This document shows, piece by piece, positions 1-7,703 of a stretch of DNA of 18,657 nucleotides. The stretch comes from a bacterium. GTDB lineage: Bacteria > Eisenbacteria > RBG-16-71-46. Location: contig JAYWEM010000134.1 of NCBI GenBank assembly GCA_043779265.1, positions 1-18,657 of the forward strand, in the 5' to 3' direction. Position 1 is the first letter of the stretch, and every line of letters begins with the position of its first letter. The notes under the pieces are model-generated. The model did no database searches and was not told the DNA's origin. It saw only the letters and a list, made by a program, of their open reading frames with translations. The translations under genes were made by a program, and so were the position numbers.

Positions 1-2
1 CC

Positions 3-398
3 GCCTCCGACCTCCAGGGACACGTGAAGGCCGCCGCCGAGGCGATCGTCACGGCGATCGGAAGGCAATCCGCCCCGGAGCGCGTGGGCGAGGGAGAACG
101 CGCGCTCGAGCGCGCCTATAAGCTGCTGCCGGGCCTCGGTGAGCCCATTCCGTTCCGTCTCGATGAGGGGTGCCCGGCGATCGGCCAGCGTCTCTCGCAA
201 CTGCGACTGCGGGGCCGGACCGGTGCGACGATCATCGCGATCTCGCGAGGCGAGGACGTCGTGCTCGTGCCCGATGGTCACGAAGTGCTCCAGTCCGGGG
301 ATGTCCTCGCACTCGCTGGAACATCGACCGCGGTCGACGCGGCTCGTGAGGTCCTGCTCGGACGAGGCGAGGGAACCGCTGAGGGGAGTGAAGTGTGA
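3..398 (+). CDS. C-terminal part of an RCK-C/TrkA-C domain protein, probably a CPA2-family cation:proton antiporter (5' truncated by window edge)
   Basis: Frame is open from base 3 (ASDLQGHVKAAAE...). C-terminus has the TrkA-C pattern 'AIGQRLSQLRLRGRTGATIIAISRGEDVVLVPDGHEVLQSGDVLALAG'. Stop overlaps the next start (GTGA 395-398). The antiporter assignment is an inference because the membrane domain is outside the window. Confidence 0.75.
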   Translation, partial: ASDLQGHVKAAAEAIVTAIGRQSAPERVGEGERALERAYKLLPGLGEPIPFRLDEGCPAIGQRLSQLRLRGRTGATIIAISRGEDVVLVPDGHEVLQSGDVLALAGTSTAVDAAREVLLGRGEGTAEGSEV

Positions 399-1369
399 TC
401 GTCGTCACGGGTGCAGCGGGCTTCATCGGAAGCGCCCTCGTCTGGAGGCTGAACCAGCGAGGCGAGAACGATATCGTGTGCGTCGATACGCGGCCATCCG
501 ATGAGGGCGTCGAGAATCTTCGACCCCTGCACTATCGCGAGTACATCTCCCACGAGACATTCCTCCAGAGCATGGAGGCCGGACGGTGGTCCGACGGACT
601 CCGCGGCGTGTTCCATCTCGGGGCCTGCAGCAGCACCACGGAGATGGACTGGGATTACCTCACGCGCAACAACATCACTTACTCGCAGCGGCTGTGTCTC
701 GCGACGCTGCGCGATGGGGCCCGATTCATCCACGCGAGCAGCGCCGCCACGTACGGAGATGGTTCCCGCGGCTACTCGGATGACCATGCGGGGCTCGGTG
801 TACTCGAGCCTCTCAATCCGTACGGTCGCTCGAAGCAGGAGTTCGACCTGTGGGCGCTCGAGAACGGATTGTTGGAGCGCATCGTGGCGCTCAAGTACTT
901 CAATGTCTACGGACCGAATGAGTGGCACAAGGGCGAGATGCGCTCGATGGTGTGCAAGGGTTTCGAGCAGGTGCGCGATTCGGGTCGCGTGAGGCTGTTC
1001 AAGAGTGACCACCCCGACTACCCGGACGGCGGCCAGCGACGCGACTTCATCTACGTGAAGGACGCGGTGGACATGACGATGTGGTTCCTCGATCGTCCGG
1101 ACGTGAACGGCGTCTTCAACGTGGGCACCGGCGAGGCCGCCGACTGGAACAGGCTCATCCACGCGATCTTCAAGGCGATGGGCGTCGAACCACGCATCGA
1201 GTACATCGACATGCCCGCCGAGCTGGTCGGCCGCTACCAGTACTTCACACAAGCGGACATGCGGAAACTCCGAGCGGCAGGATATGCCGCTGCGGTGACG
1301 CCTCTGGAGTCGGCGGTCGAGGACTATGTCAGGCACCATCTTCTGACCGGCCGGGTGCTGGGCGCCTGA
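395..1369 (+). CDS. hldD: ADP-L-glycero-D-manno-heptose 6-epimerase
   Basis: MIVVTGAAGFIGSALV Rossmann motif, FHLGACSSTTE, ASSAATYG, PLNPYGRSK (YxxxK), LKYFNVYGPNEWHKGEMRS, RDFIYVKD, YQYFTQAD. All are typical of RfaD/HldD/GmhD. Confidence 0.96.
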   Translation: MIVVTGAAGFIGSALVWRLNQRGENDIVCVDTRPSDEGVENLRPLHYREYISHETFLQSMEAGRWSDGLRGVFHLGACSSTTEMDWDYLTRNNITYSQRLCLATLRDGARFIHASSAATYGDGSRGYSDDHAGLGVLEPLNPYGRSKQEFDLWALENGLLERIVALKYFNVYGPNEWHKGEMRSMVCKGFEQVRDSGRVRLFKSDHPDYPDGGQRRDFIYVKDAVDMTMWFLDRPDVNGVFNVGTGEAADWNRLIHAIFKAMGVEPRIEYIDMPAELVGRYQYFTQADMRKLRAAGYAAAVTPLESAVEDYVRHHLLTGRVLGA

Positions 1370-1402
1370 GGCATCCTCGCGACCGGTGCGGGGTGATGGG
1401 GC

Positions 1403-1408
1403 TATACT
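1403..1408 (+). promoter_or_regulatory. possible sigma-70 -10 element upstream of the first kinase gene
   Basis: TATACT in a GC-rich gap just after the hldD stop. No convincing -35 or extended -10. Confidence 0.3.
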
Positions 1409-1580
1409 CGCGCGACCTTCGGAATCGATCGACACCCGCGTGCCCCGCGTTGCTTCCCGCCCAAGCCCCGAAGTGAGTGTGAATGTGCCCTCCGAACACC
1501 CATCCGACTCTGATGCTCAGCCGAGTGGTGCGGTCGAATCGACTGGACCGCCCGTTCCGCGTGGGTCGGAGCAGGCGCCG

Positions 1581-3068
1581 ATGAACGGCGGACTCCCACT
1601 CTTCTTCGCGATCCTCTCCGCTCGTGGCGTTTGTCAGGAACTCGAGCCTCATTGGGCCGAGGCGTTGGGCGTGTCGAGTGATGAGGCGATGGCTCAAGCT
1701 CTTCCAACGCTGGCGTGCTGGTCTCGTGGGGAGGGCGGCGTGGACGCCCTGAGCGAGGCGATCGAGCACGTGAACGGGGGGCACGTCGCACACTGCCGAG
1801 TCAGCGTCGCGGGCCGCTCAATCGAATCGCTCGACCTCTCGTTGGTGCCCGTCACCTCAGCCACGGGCGTCCTCGAACGGATCATCGTCAGCGCCGCCGA
1901 TACCGGACGCGATGCGCGAGCCCACGCGAGCCTGCTCGCGGCCCAGCGTCAGCTGGCAGTCGGGAACCTCGCGGGCGGTATGGCGCACGGACTGAACAAC
2001 CTTCTCGCATCCACGCTCATGGCGGCCGGCATCCTGCACGACAAGATGACCGCACCGGACGATCGCCACCTCATCGAGACGATCGAAGGCAACACTCGGC
2101 GGGCTGCTGCGCTCACCCGCCAGGTGCTGGATCTCCGCAGTGCCTCCGAGACAGCGTGGACTCGCATTCAGCCGAGACAGCTCTTGCGGGAGATGATCAC
2201 GTTGCTGCGTGAATCATTCCCCCGCAGCCTCGGACTCGACTACCACGTCTCCGGAGAGTTGTGGTGCGTCCAAGGGAACGCCAATCAACTGCAGCAGGTG
2301 CTCCTCGCGCTGTGCCAGAATGCGAAAGAGGCCATGCCGCGAAGCGGCATTCTCGAACTGAGCGCACAGAACGTCGCACTCGAGGGCACGGCGCCGAAGG
2401 GGCAGGCCGAGTCTTCGACCCGGAAGGTCGTGCTCGTGAGAGTCCGGGACACTGGGTGCGGAATCGAGCCTGCCGATCTGGCGCAATTAGCCGAACCGTT
2501 CTTCACGACCAAGCCTGGTCACGTCGGGCTCGGGCTCACCAGCGTGGCGTCCATCGTGAATCGACATTGCGGTGTCCTGTCCATCGACAGCGAAGTGGGC
2601 AGGGGCAGTACCTTCCAGATCCAGCTGCCCGCGATGGTCGAGGTGGATGCCGCACCCGAATCGGATGATTCGAATGATCTCGCCGGCAGCGGCGAACTCG
2701 TATTGATCGTGGACGGGGATGAGTCCGTACGAGAGTCGACGCGCGCGTTGCTCGAGAGCCAGGGCTTCCAGACGACCATGGCCGCGAGTGCCGAGGAGGC
2801 GAATCGACGGTTCTTGCGGAGGCGTTCGGAGATCGCGCTCGTGGTGACGGATGCGAGCGATCTCCTCACGCGGCAGGGCGACATGATCCGGGCCATGCAT
2901 GCGCTGGAGCCGGACCTCCCGATTCTCGCCACCAGTCGTCTCGGCCAGACCACGAGGCGCGACGCGTTGCTCGCGCAGGGAGTGACGCAGGTCCTCCCGA
3001 GGCCCTGCGGTGAGGACATGCTCGTGCGATCGATCGTCCGGGCACTTCGTGTGGAGGACCTCGAGTGA
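1581..3068 (+). CDS. atypical hybrid sensor histidine kinase (degenerate PAS - HisKA - HATPase_c - pseudo-receiver)
   Basis: H-box AGGMAHGLNNLL, N-box QVLLALCQNAKEAM, G1 DTGCGI, F-box EPFFTTK, G2 GHVGLGL, receiver 'LVLIVDGD...LVVTD...ILATS...VLPRP'. Start is uncertain: the frame is open from 1386, there is a GTG at 1479, and the ATG at 1581 has GGAG at 1568-1571. Confidence 0.85.
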   Translation: MNGGLPLFFAILSARGVCQELEPHWAEALGVSSDEAMAQALPTLACWSRGEGGVDALSEAIEHVNGGHVAHCRVSVAGRSIESLDLSLVPVTSATGVLERIIVSAADTGRDARAHASLLAAQRQLAVGNLAGGMAHGLNNLLASTLMAAGILHDKMTAPDDRHLIETIEGNTRRAAALTRQVLDLRSASETAWTRIQPRQLLREMITLLRESFPRSLGLDYHVSGELWCVQGNANQLQQVLLALCQNAKEAMPRSGILELSAQNVALEGTAPKGQAESSTRKVVLVRVRDTGCGIEPADLAQLAEPFFTTKPGHVGLGLTSVASIVNRHCGVLSIDSEVGRGSTFQIQLPAMVEVDAAPESDDSNDLAGSGELVLIVDGDESVRESTRALLESQGFQTTMAASAEEANRRFLRRRSEIALVVTDASDLLTRQGDMIRAMHALEPDLPILATSRLGQTTRRDALLAQGVTQVLPRPCGEDMLVRSIVRALRVEDLE

Positions 3069-4417
3069 ACCTCGGGCGCGTGCTCATCGTCGAGGACGAA
3101 GCCTCATTCCGGAGCACGCTTCGTGCTTACCTGGAGTGGCGGGGACTTCATGTGATGGAAGCGCACAACTGCACGGAGGCTCTGCGTGTGTTCGCCGAGG
3201 CTCCGCCCGACGCGGTGGTGTGCGATTTCCAACTCCCCGATGGGGATGCGCTGACGTTGCTGCCGCGACTGCGCCGGCTCGGTGCGGACACTCCCGTGGT
3301 CGTCATCACCGGACACGGGACCATCGATCTCGCGGTCCAGCTCATGCAGCAGGGAGCGGAGCACTTCCTCACCAAGCCCGTCGAGCCCGAAGTGCTGTTC
3401 GGAGTCCTCGAGCGATTGATCGAGACCCGGCGCGCTCATCGGCACCAGCGCGCGAGCCAGGTCCGACAAGCGCGTGAGGCGCCCGATCCGTTCCTTGGCG
3501 CGAGCCAGGCCATCCAGCGACTCGAGACCGAGGCACGCCGCGCCCTCGAGACGGATAGCCAGGTTCTTCTGACGGGGGAGACCGGGTCAGGCAAGGGCGT
3601 TCTGGCCAGTTGGCTGCACGCCAACGGGCCTCGTGCCCGAGAGGCCTTCGTGGATCTGAACTGCGCCGGGATCTCGCGGGAACTGCTCGACTCCGAGCTG
3701 TTCGGCCACGAGAAGGGGGCGTTCACCGGCGCGGTGGCTTCTCGTCCCGGGCTGCTCGAGATCTCGGACCGCGGCACGCTGTTCCTGGATGAGATCGGTG
3801 ACATGGATCCGATCGTTCAGGGGAAGCTGTTGAAAGTGCTCGAGGAGAAGCGCTTCCGACGTGTCGGGGATACGCGTGACCGCGTGACGGACGTGCGACT
3901 GATCGCCGCGACACATCGGGACCTGCCGACCATGGTGCGTGAGAAGACGTTCCGCGAGGACTTCTACTACCGCGTCAGCGTGATTCCCTTGCACGTGCCC
4001 TCGCTCCGGGAGCGGTCGGAGGACATCACTCCGATTGCTCGCCGCCTGCTTGCGAGGATCGCGGGTGAACTCGGGCGGCCGGGAGCGACGCTCACGCACG
4101 AGGCGGAGCGGGCGCTCGCGACCCACCGTTGGCCGGGCAATGTGAGGGAGCTTCGGAATGCCCTGGAACGAGCGCTGCTCCGGAGCCGTGACGGGCGCAT
4201 CAGTGTCGCCGATACGCAATTGGGCAAAGCGCCTGCTCCCATGATGGCGGAGGAGAGTTCGCTCGACCTGACCCTCCACGAGCTCCAGCGGCGGCATGTC
4301 GAGCGGGTGTTGGCTGCCGAGGATGGTCACGTCGGTCGCGCCGCCGTGCGTCTGGGCATTCCACGGAGCACGCTCTATCAGAAGCTCCGCGCTTTGGGGA
4401 TCACCGTCGAGAGGTGA
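3065..4417 (+). CDS. NtrC/AtoC-family sigma-54-dependent response regulator (REC - AAA+ - Fis HTH)
   Basis: REC (VLIVEDE, VVCDFQLPD, ITGHG, TKP), Walker A GETGSGK, ELFGHEKGAFTGA, Walker B LFLDEIG, FREDFYYR, WPGNVRELRN, HTH 'AAVRLGIPRSTLYQKL'. GTGA overlap with the upstream kinase. Confidence 0.96.
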   Translation: MNLGRVLIVEDEASFRSTLRAYLEWRGLHVMEAHNCTEALRVFAEAPPDAVVCDFQLPDGDALTLLPRLRRLGADTPVVVITGHGTIDLAVQLMQQGAEHFLTKPVEPEVLFGVLERLIETRRAHRHQRASQVRQAREAPDPFLGASQAIQRLETEARRALETDSQVLLTGETGSGKGVLASWLHANGPRAREAFVDLNCAGISRELLDSELFGHEKGAFTGAVASRPGLLEISDRGTLFLDEIGDMDPIVQGKLLKVLEEKRFRRVGDTRDRVTDVRLIAATHRDLPTMVREKTFREDFYYRVSVIPLHVPSLRERSEDITPIARRLLARIAGELGRPGATLTHEAERALATHRWPGNVRELRNALERALLRSRDGRISVADTQLGKAPAPMMAEESSLDLTLHELQRRHVERVLAAEDGHVGRAAVRLGIPRSTLYQKLRALGITVER

Positions 4418-4550
4418 CTCAGGCGTCGTCGCGAATCTGGAATCAGGACCCGATCCCGGTTCGCCGACAGCTCTCCGGGAATCTGAAGTCAGTGCCCCAA
4501 CACTTGTCACAGACCGGACTTGTGATGGGTCTTCAGGACCCGGCACACGG

Positions 4551-4566
4551 TGGCCGGGCGCTTGCT
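4551..4566 (+). promoter_or_regulatory. sigma-54 (-24/-12) promoter
   Basis: TGGCCGGGCGCTTGCT = TGGC-N7-TTGC with exact GG-N10-GC spacing. Lies directly downstream of a sigma-54 activator gene and about 100 bp upstream of the likely kinase start. Confidence 0.7.
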
Positions 4567-4662
4567 CTTCTGAGCATGCATGCGCTCCAAGCCCCTCCAT
4601 TCCAGCTGGAACCATTCCGCTTCGGTCGAGCCTCTCGAGGCCCATGCCTCCCGGGTGACGCG

Positions 4663-6621
4663 GTGAATGTCCCACTGGACCCCGACGGCACACCGACGGC
4701 GCCGGATCATGAGTGGTTCGTTCGGTCGGCCTACTTCCAGGGGCTCGTCGAGAACGCCTCGGACCTGATCACGGTCCTCGATGGTCATGGTCGAATCCTC
4801 TATCAGAGCCCATCGGTCGAACGCGTACTCGGCTACACCATGGCCGAGCTCTCCACACACACCGTGATGGACTTCGTGCACCCGGACGACCTGGTCCGGG
4901 TTTTCGACGTTATGAGCATCGTGCTCCGAGTCAGCGGATCCTCGCAGAGTGTCGAGTGTCGGATGCGGCATCGTGATGGGGACTGGCGCGAGTTCGAGTG
5001 CGTCGGGAAGTCAGTCGAAACGCGAAGTGGCCGGAAGCACATCGTCGTCAACTCGCGCGACGCCACCGAGCGGCGCTCCATGGAGCGCGAACTGAACGCG
5101 AGCCATGAGCGTTACCGGCGATTCTTCGACGACGACATCGCGGCCAACCTCATCACGTCGGTCGAGGGTCGGATCCTCGCTTGCAACCCCTCGTTCGCCA
5201 CCATGTTCGGATTCGAGTCGGTCGAGGAGGCGCTCGGCACGCACGTGCAGAGGGTCTATGAGGACCCGGCACTGCGAGACGGGATCGTGCAGCGCCTGCT
5301 GGAACACGGACGCATCGACCGACTGGAGATCGAGTTGAAGCGGCTGGATGGCCAGCCGGTCCATGTCCTCGCGAACATGGTGGCCGACCGCGGACCCGAC
5401 GGGGAGATCAAGCAGATCCGCGGCTACTACTACGACGAGACGGTCGTGAAGCAACTCGAGAGTCAGCTGCAGGTCGCTCATCGACTCGAGTCGTTGGGGC
5501 TACTCGCCGGAGGTGTGGCGCACGACTTCAACAATCTGCTCACCGCCATCCTCGGCCACAGTCAGCTGGCGATGCGGATCCTCGAGGGGCACTCGCAAGC
5601 CATGGCGCACCTGCAGGAGATCTCTCGAGCAAGCGAGCGGGCGGCTTCCCTGACCCGGCAGCTTCTCGCTTTCAGCAGACGGGAGGTCGGCGCTCCGCGT
5701 GCTGTCATCCTCGAGCATGTCGTCTCGGATCTCACGGCGATGCTGCGTCGTCTGATCGGCGAGCACATCATGCTCACGACAGAGCTGTCCTGCTCCCCTC
5801 AGTCCGTCTGCGTGGACCCGGGCCAGTTGGAGCAGGTCGTGATGAACCTGGTGCTGAACGCGCGCGACGCGATGCCGGGGGGAGGGGAGGTCCGCATCGG
5901 TTCCTATCGCGAGGACGTCGACGAAGCGTTCGCCCGCGGCGCCGGTCTCACGCCCGGCCCTCATGCGGTCCTCGTCGTGTCCGACAACGGCATGGGCATG
6001 GACGCGGTGACACGCTCACGGATCTTCGAACCCTTCTTCACCACCCGCCCGGTCGGCAGCGGAACCGGCCTCGGACTCTCCATTGTCTACGGAGTGATCC
6101 GCCAGTGCGGCGGCCACATCAGCGTGGACAGTGCGATCGGTCATGGAACCCAGTTCCTCGTGCACCTGCCACTCCACGAGGGTTCACTCGAAGCTCCACG
6201 AATGGGCACGCCTGCGCCCGGGCAGGAGGGGGGGAACGAGACGATCCTCCTCGTCGAGGACGATGACGCGGTCCGCGCGCTCGCGACCGAAGTGCTCCGG
6301 GTCGGTGGCTATCGGGTCATCGAGGCGACCGACGGTCAGCATGGTCTTGAGATCGTCTCCGGCCTGGCGAGCGACGATCTCGCACTGATCGTCTCGGACA
6401 TCGTCATGCCGCGGCGCAGTGGTCATTCGTTCGCAGCACTCGCGCGGCAGTTGCGGCCGAACATCCGGATCCTGTTCATGTCCGGGTATCACGAGGAGTC
6501 CCCCAGCGAACTCGCCGGCTTCGCCGCCGGCGTGCCCCTCTTGGAGAAACCCTTCACGCCCGAAGAACTGCTGACTCGCGTCCGGCAGGCGATCGACGGG
6601 AACGATCCGAGCACGTCATGA
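4663..6621 (+). CDS. PAS-PAS hybrid sensor histidine kinase/receiver (CckA-like architecture, cytoplasmic)
   Basis: Two PAS/PAC domains (LVENASDLITVLD...YQSPSVERVLGY...VHPDD; NLITSVEGRILACNPSFATMFG), canonical H-box AGGVAHDFNNLL, NLVLNARDAM, DNGMGM, FEPFFTT, GTGLGL, receiver LLVEDD...SDIVMP...MSGY...EKPF. The frame is open from 4414, but the first 83 codons look non-coding and contain the sigma-54 promoter, so GTG 4663 was chosen. Confidence 0.9.
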   Translation: MNVPLDPDGTPTAPDHEWFVRSAYFQGLVENASDLITVLDGHGRILYQSPSVERVLGYTMAELSTHTVMDFVHPDDLVRVFDVMSIVLRVSGSSQSVECRMRHRDGDWREFECVGKSVETRSGRKHIVVNSRDATERRSMERELNASHERYRRFFDDDIAANLITSVEGRILACNPSFATMFGFESVEEALGTHVQRVYEDPALRDGIVQRLLEHGRIDRLEIELKRLDGQPVHVLANMVADRGPDGEIKQIRGYYYDETVVKQLESQLQVAHRLESLGLLAGGVAHDFNNLLTAILGHSQLAMRILEGHSQAMAHLQEISRASERAASLTRQLLAFSRREVGAPRAVILEHVVSDLTAMLRRLIGEHIMLTTELSCSPQSVCVDPGQLEQVVMNLVLNARDAMPGGGEVRIGSYREDVDEAFARGAGLTPGPHAVLVVSDNGMGMDAVTRSRIFEPFFTTRPVGSGTGLGLSIVYGVIRQCGGHISVDSAIGHGTQFLVHLPLHEGSLEAPRMGTPAPGQEGGNETILLVEDDDAVRALATEVLRVGGYRVIEATDGQHGLEIVSGLASDDLALIVSDIVMPRRSGHSFAALARQLRPNIRILFMSGYHEESPSELAGFAAGVPLLEKPFTPEELLTRVRQAIDGNDPSTS

Positions 6622-7628
6622 CTCCATTGAGGGTGACACGCAGCCATCCCGCCACGCCCCAAATCCTCGTGGCCGAGGACGACTCCACCCAGAGCGCGCT
6701 GGTCGAATGCTACCTCCGCAAGTGCGGCTACGCGACCGAGGCCGTTCGCACCGCGGAGGAGGCCTTCGGGCGGATCGAAGCCAGGCCGCCGGACCTGGCG
6801 CTGATCGACCTGCACCTGCCCGGGCAGGGCGGCCACTGGTTGCTCCATGCGCTCAGGGAACGCGAGGAGACCCGAATGCTCCCTGCACTCATGGTCTCGG
6901 GTGATTGCACGCGCGACGACCGATTCCGTGCGCTGGCGGCCGGCGCCACCGACTTCCTGCTCAAGCCCTACGATCCGGAGGAGATGGTCGCTCGGATCCG
7001 AGCGCTGGTGGCGTTCAAGGTCCATTGCGACCGACTCGATGATGCCGAATGTGTGATGGTGATGATCGCCAATACCATCGACGCCCGCGATCACTACACG
7101 GCCGGTCACAGCGCGCGCGTCTCCATGTACGCGACCCGGCTCGCGCGTCAGTTGCGACTCTCCTCTGACGAGGTCGACGCGGTGAGGTGCGGTGGTCTCA
7201 TCCACGACATCGGCAAGCTCGTCGTGCGCGATGCGATTCTGCTCAAGTGCGCGGCGCTCGATGAGGCTGAACGGCGAGAGGTCGAGCGACACCCGATCGA
7301 AGGTGTCCGGATGATCGAGTCGCTCCGTTCGCTGGAGCACGCTCTACCCGTCGTGCTGCATCACCACGAGCGGATGGACGGGAGCGGCTATCCGGACCGA
7401 CTGCAGGGCGATGAGATCCCCATGATCGCGCGCGTGACGTCCATCGCTGATGTCTTCGACTCGCTGACGACCCCGCGCCCCTATCGGGCGGCGTTCCACC
7501 GAAGTGAGGCACTCGGCATCATGTGGCATGAGGCTGGGCGAGGGTGGTGGGATGCGAGGCTCCTGGCGGTGTTCGAGGGGTTGATGTCCCGTGGACCCAT
7601 CACGATGACGGCCGACTCGGAGCTTTGA
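6618..7628 (+). CDS. response regulator with HD-GYP domain (RpfG-like cyclic di-GMP phosphodiesterase)
   Basis: REC (ILVAEDD, LIDLHLP, MVSG, LKP) followed by DARDHYTAGHSARV, IHDIGK, HHHERMDGSGYP, IADVFDSLTTPRPYR. ATGA overlap with the upstream kinase. Confidence 0.94.
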   Translation: MTPLRVTRSHPATPQILVAEDDSTQSALVECYLRKCGYATEAVRTAEEAFGRIEARPPDLALIDLHLPGQGGHWLLHALREREETRMLPALMVSGDCTRDDRFRALAAGATDFLLKPYDPEEMVARIRALVAFKVHCDRLDDAECVMVMIANTIDARDHYTAGHSARVSMYATRLARQLRLSSDEVDAVRCGGLIHDIGKLVVRDAILLKCAALDEAERREVERHPIEGVRMIESLRSLEHALPVVLHHHERMDGSGYPDRLQGDEIPMIARVTSIADVFDSLTTPRPYRAAFHRSEALGIMWHEAGRGWWDARLLAVFEGLMSRGPITMTADSEL

Positions 7629-7645
7629 GTTGAAGAGCCGGCCCA

Positions 7646-7661
7646 TGGCAAGCTGCTCGCA
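7646..7661 (+). promoter_or_regulatory. possible second sigma-54 promoter upstream of the esterase
   Basis: TGGCAAGCTGCTCGCA has GG-N10-GC spacing. The -12 is TCGC rather than TTGC. It lies about 43 bp before ATG 7704. Confidence 0.3.
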
Positions 7662-7703
7662 TACCGACTCCTGCCTGCCGCGCTCCGCCGACTTGAGGGC
7701 CCC

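Noticed and set aside
278..1435. 385-aa minus-strand ORF
   Set aside because: Antisense shadow of hldD.
1438..1454. Possible sigma-54 promoter upstream of the first kinase (TTGCT at 1450)
   Set aside because: No GG at the -24 position.
3576..3599. Walker A ending GKG rather than GKE in the activator
   Set aside because: All other AAA+ motifs including GAFTGA are intact. Treated as tolerated variation, not inactivation.
4414..4662. N-terminal 83 codons of the second kinase, with GTGA overlap to the activator
   Set aside because: No domain-like content and it contains the -24/-12 promoter and repeats. Treated as intergenic, though translation from 4414 cannot be fully excluded.
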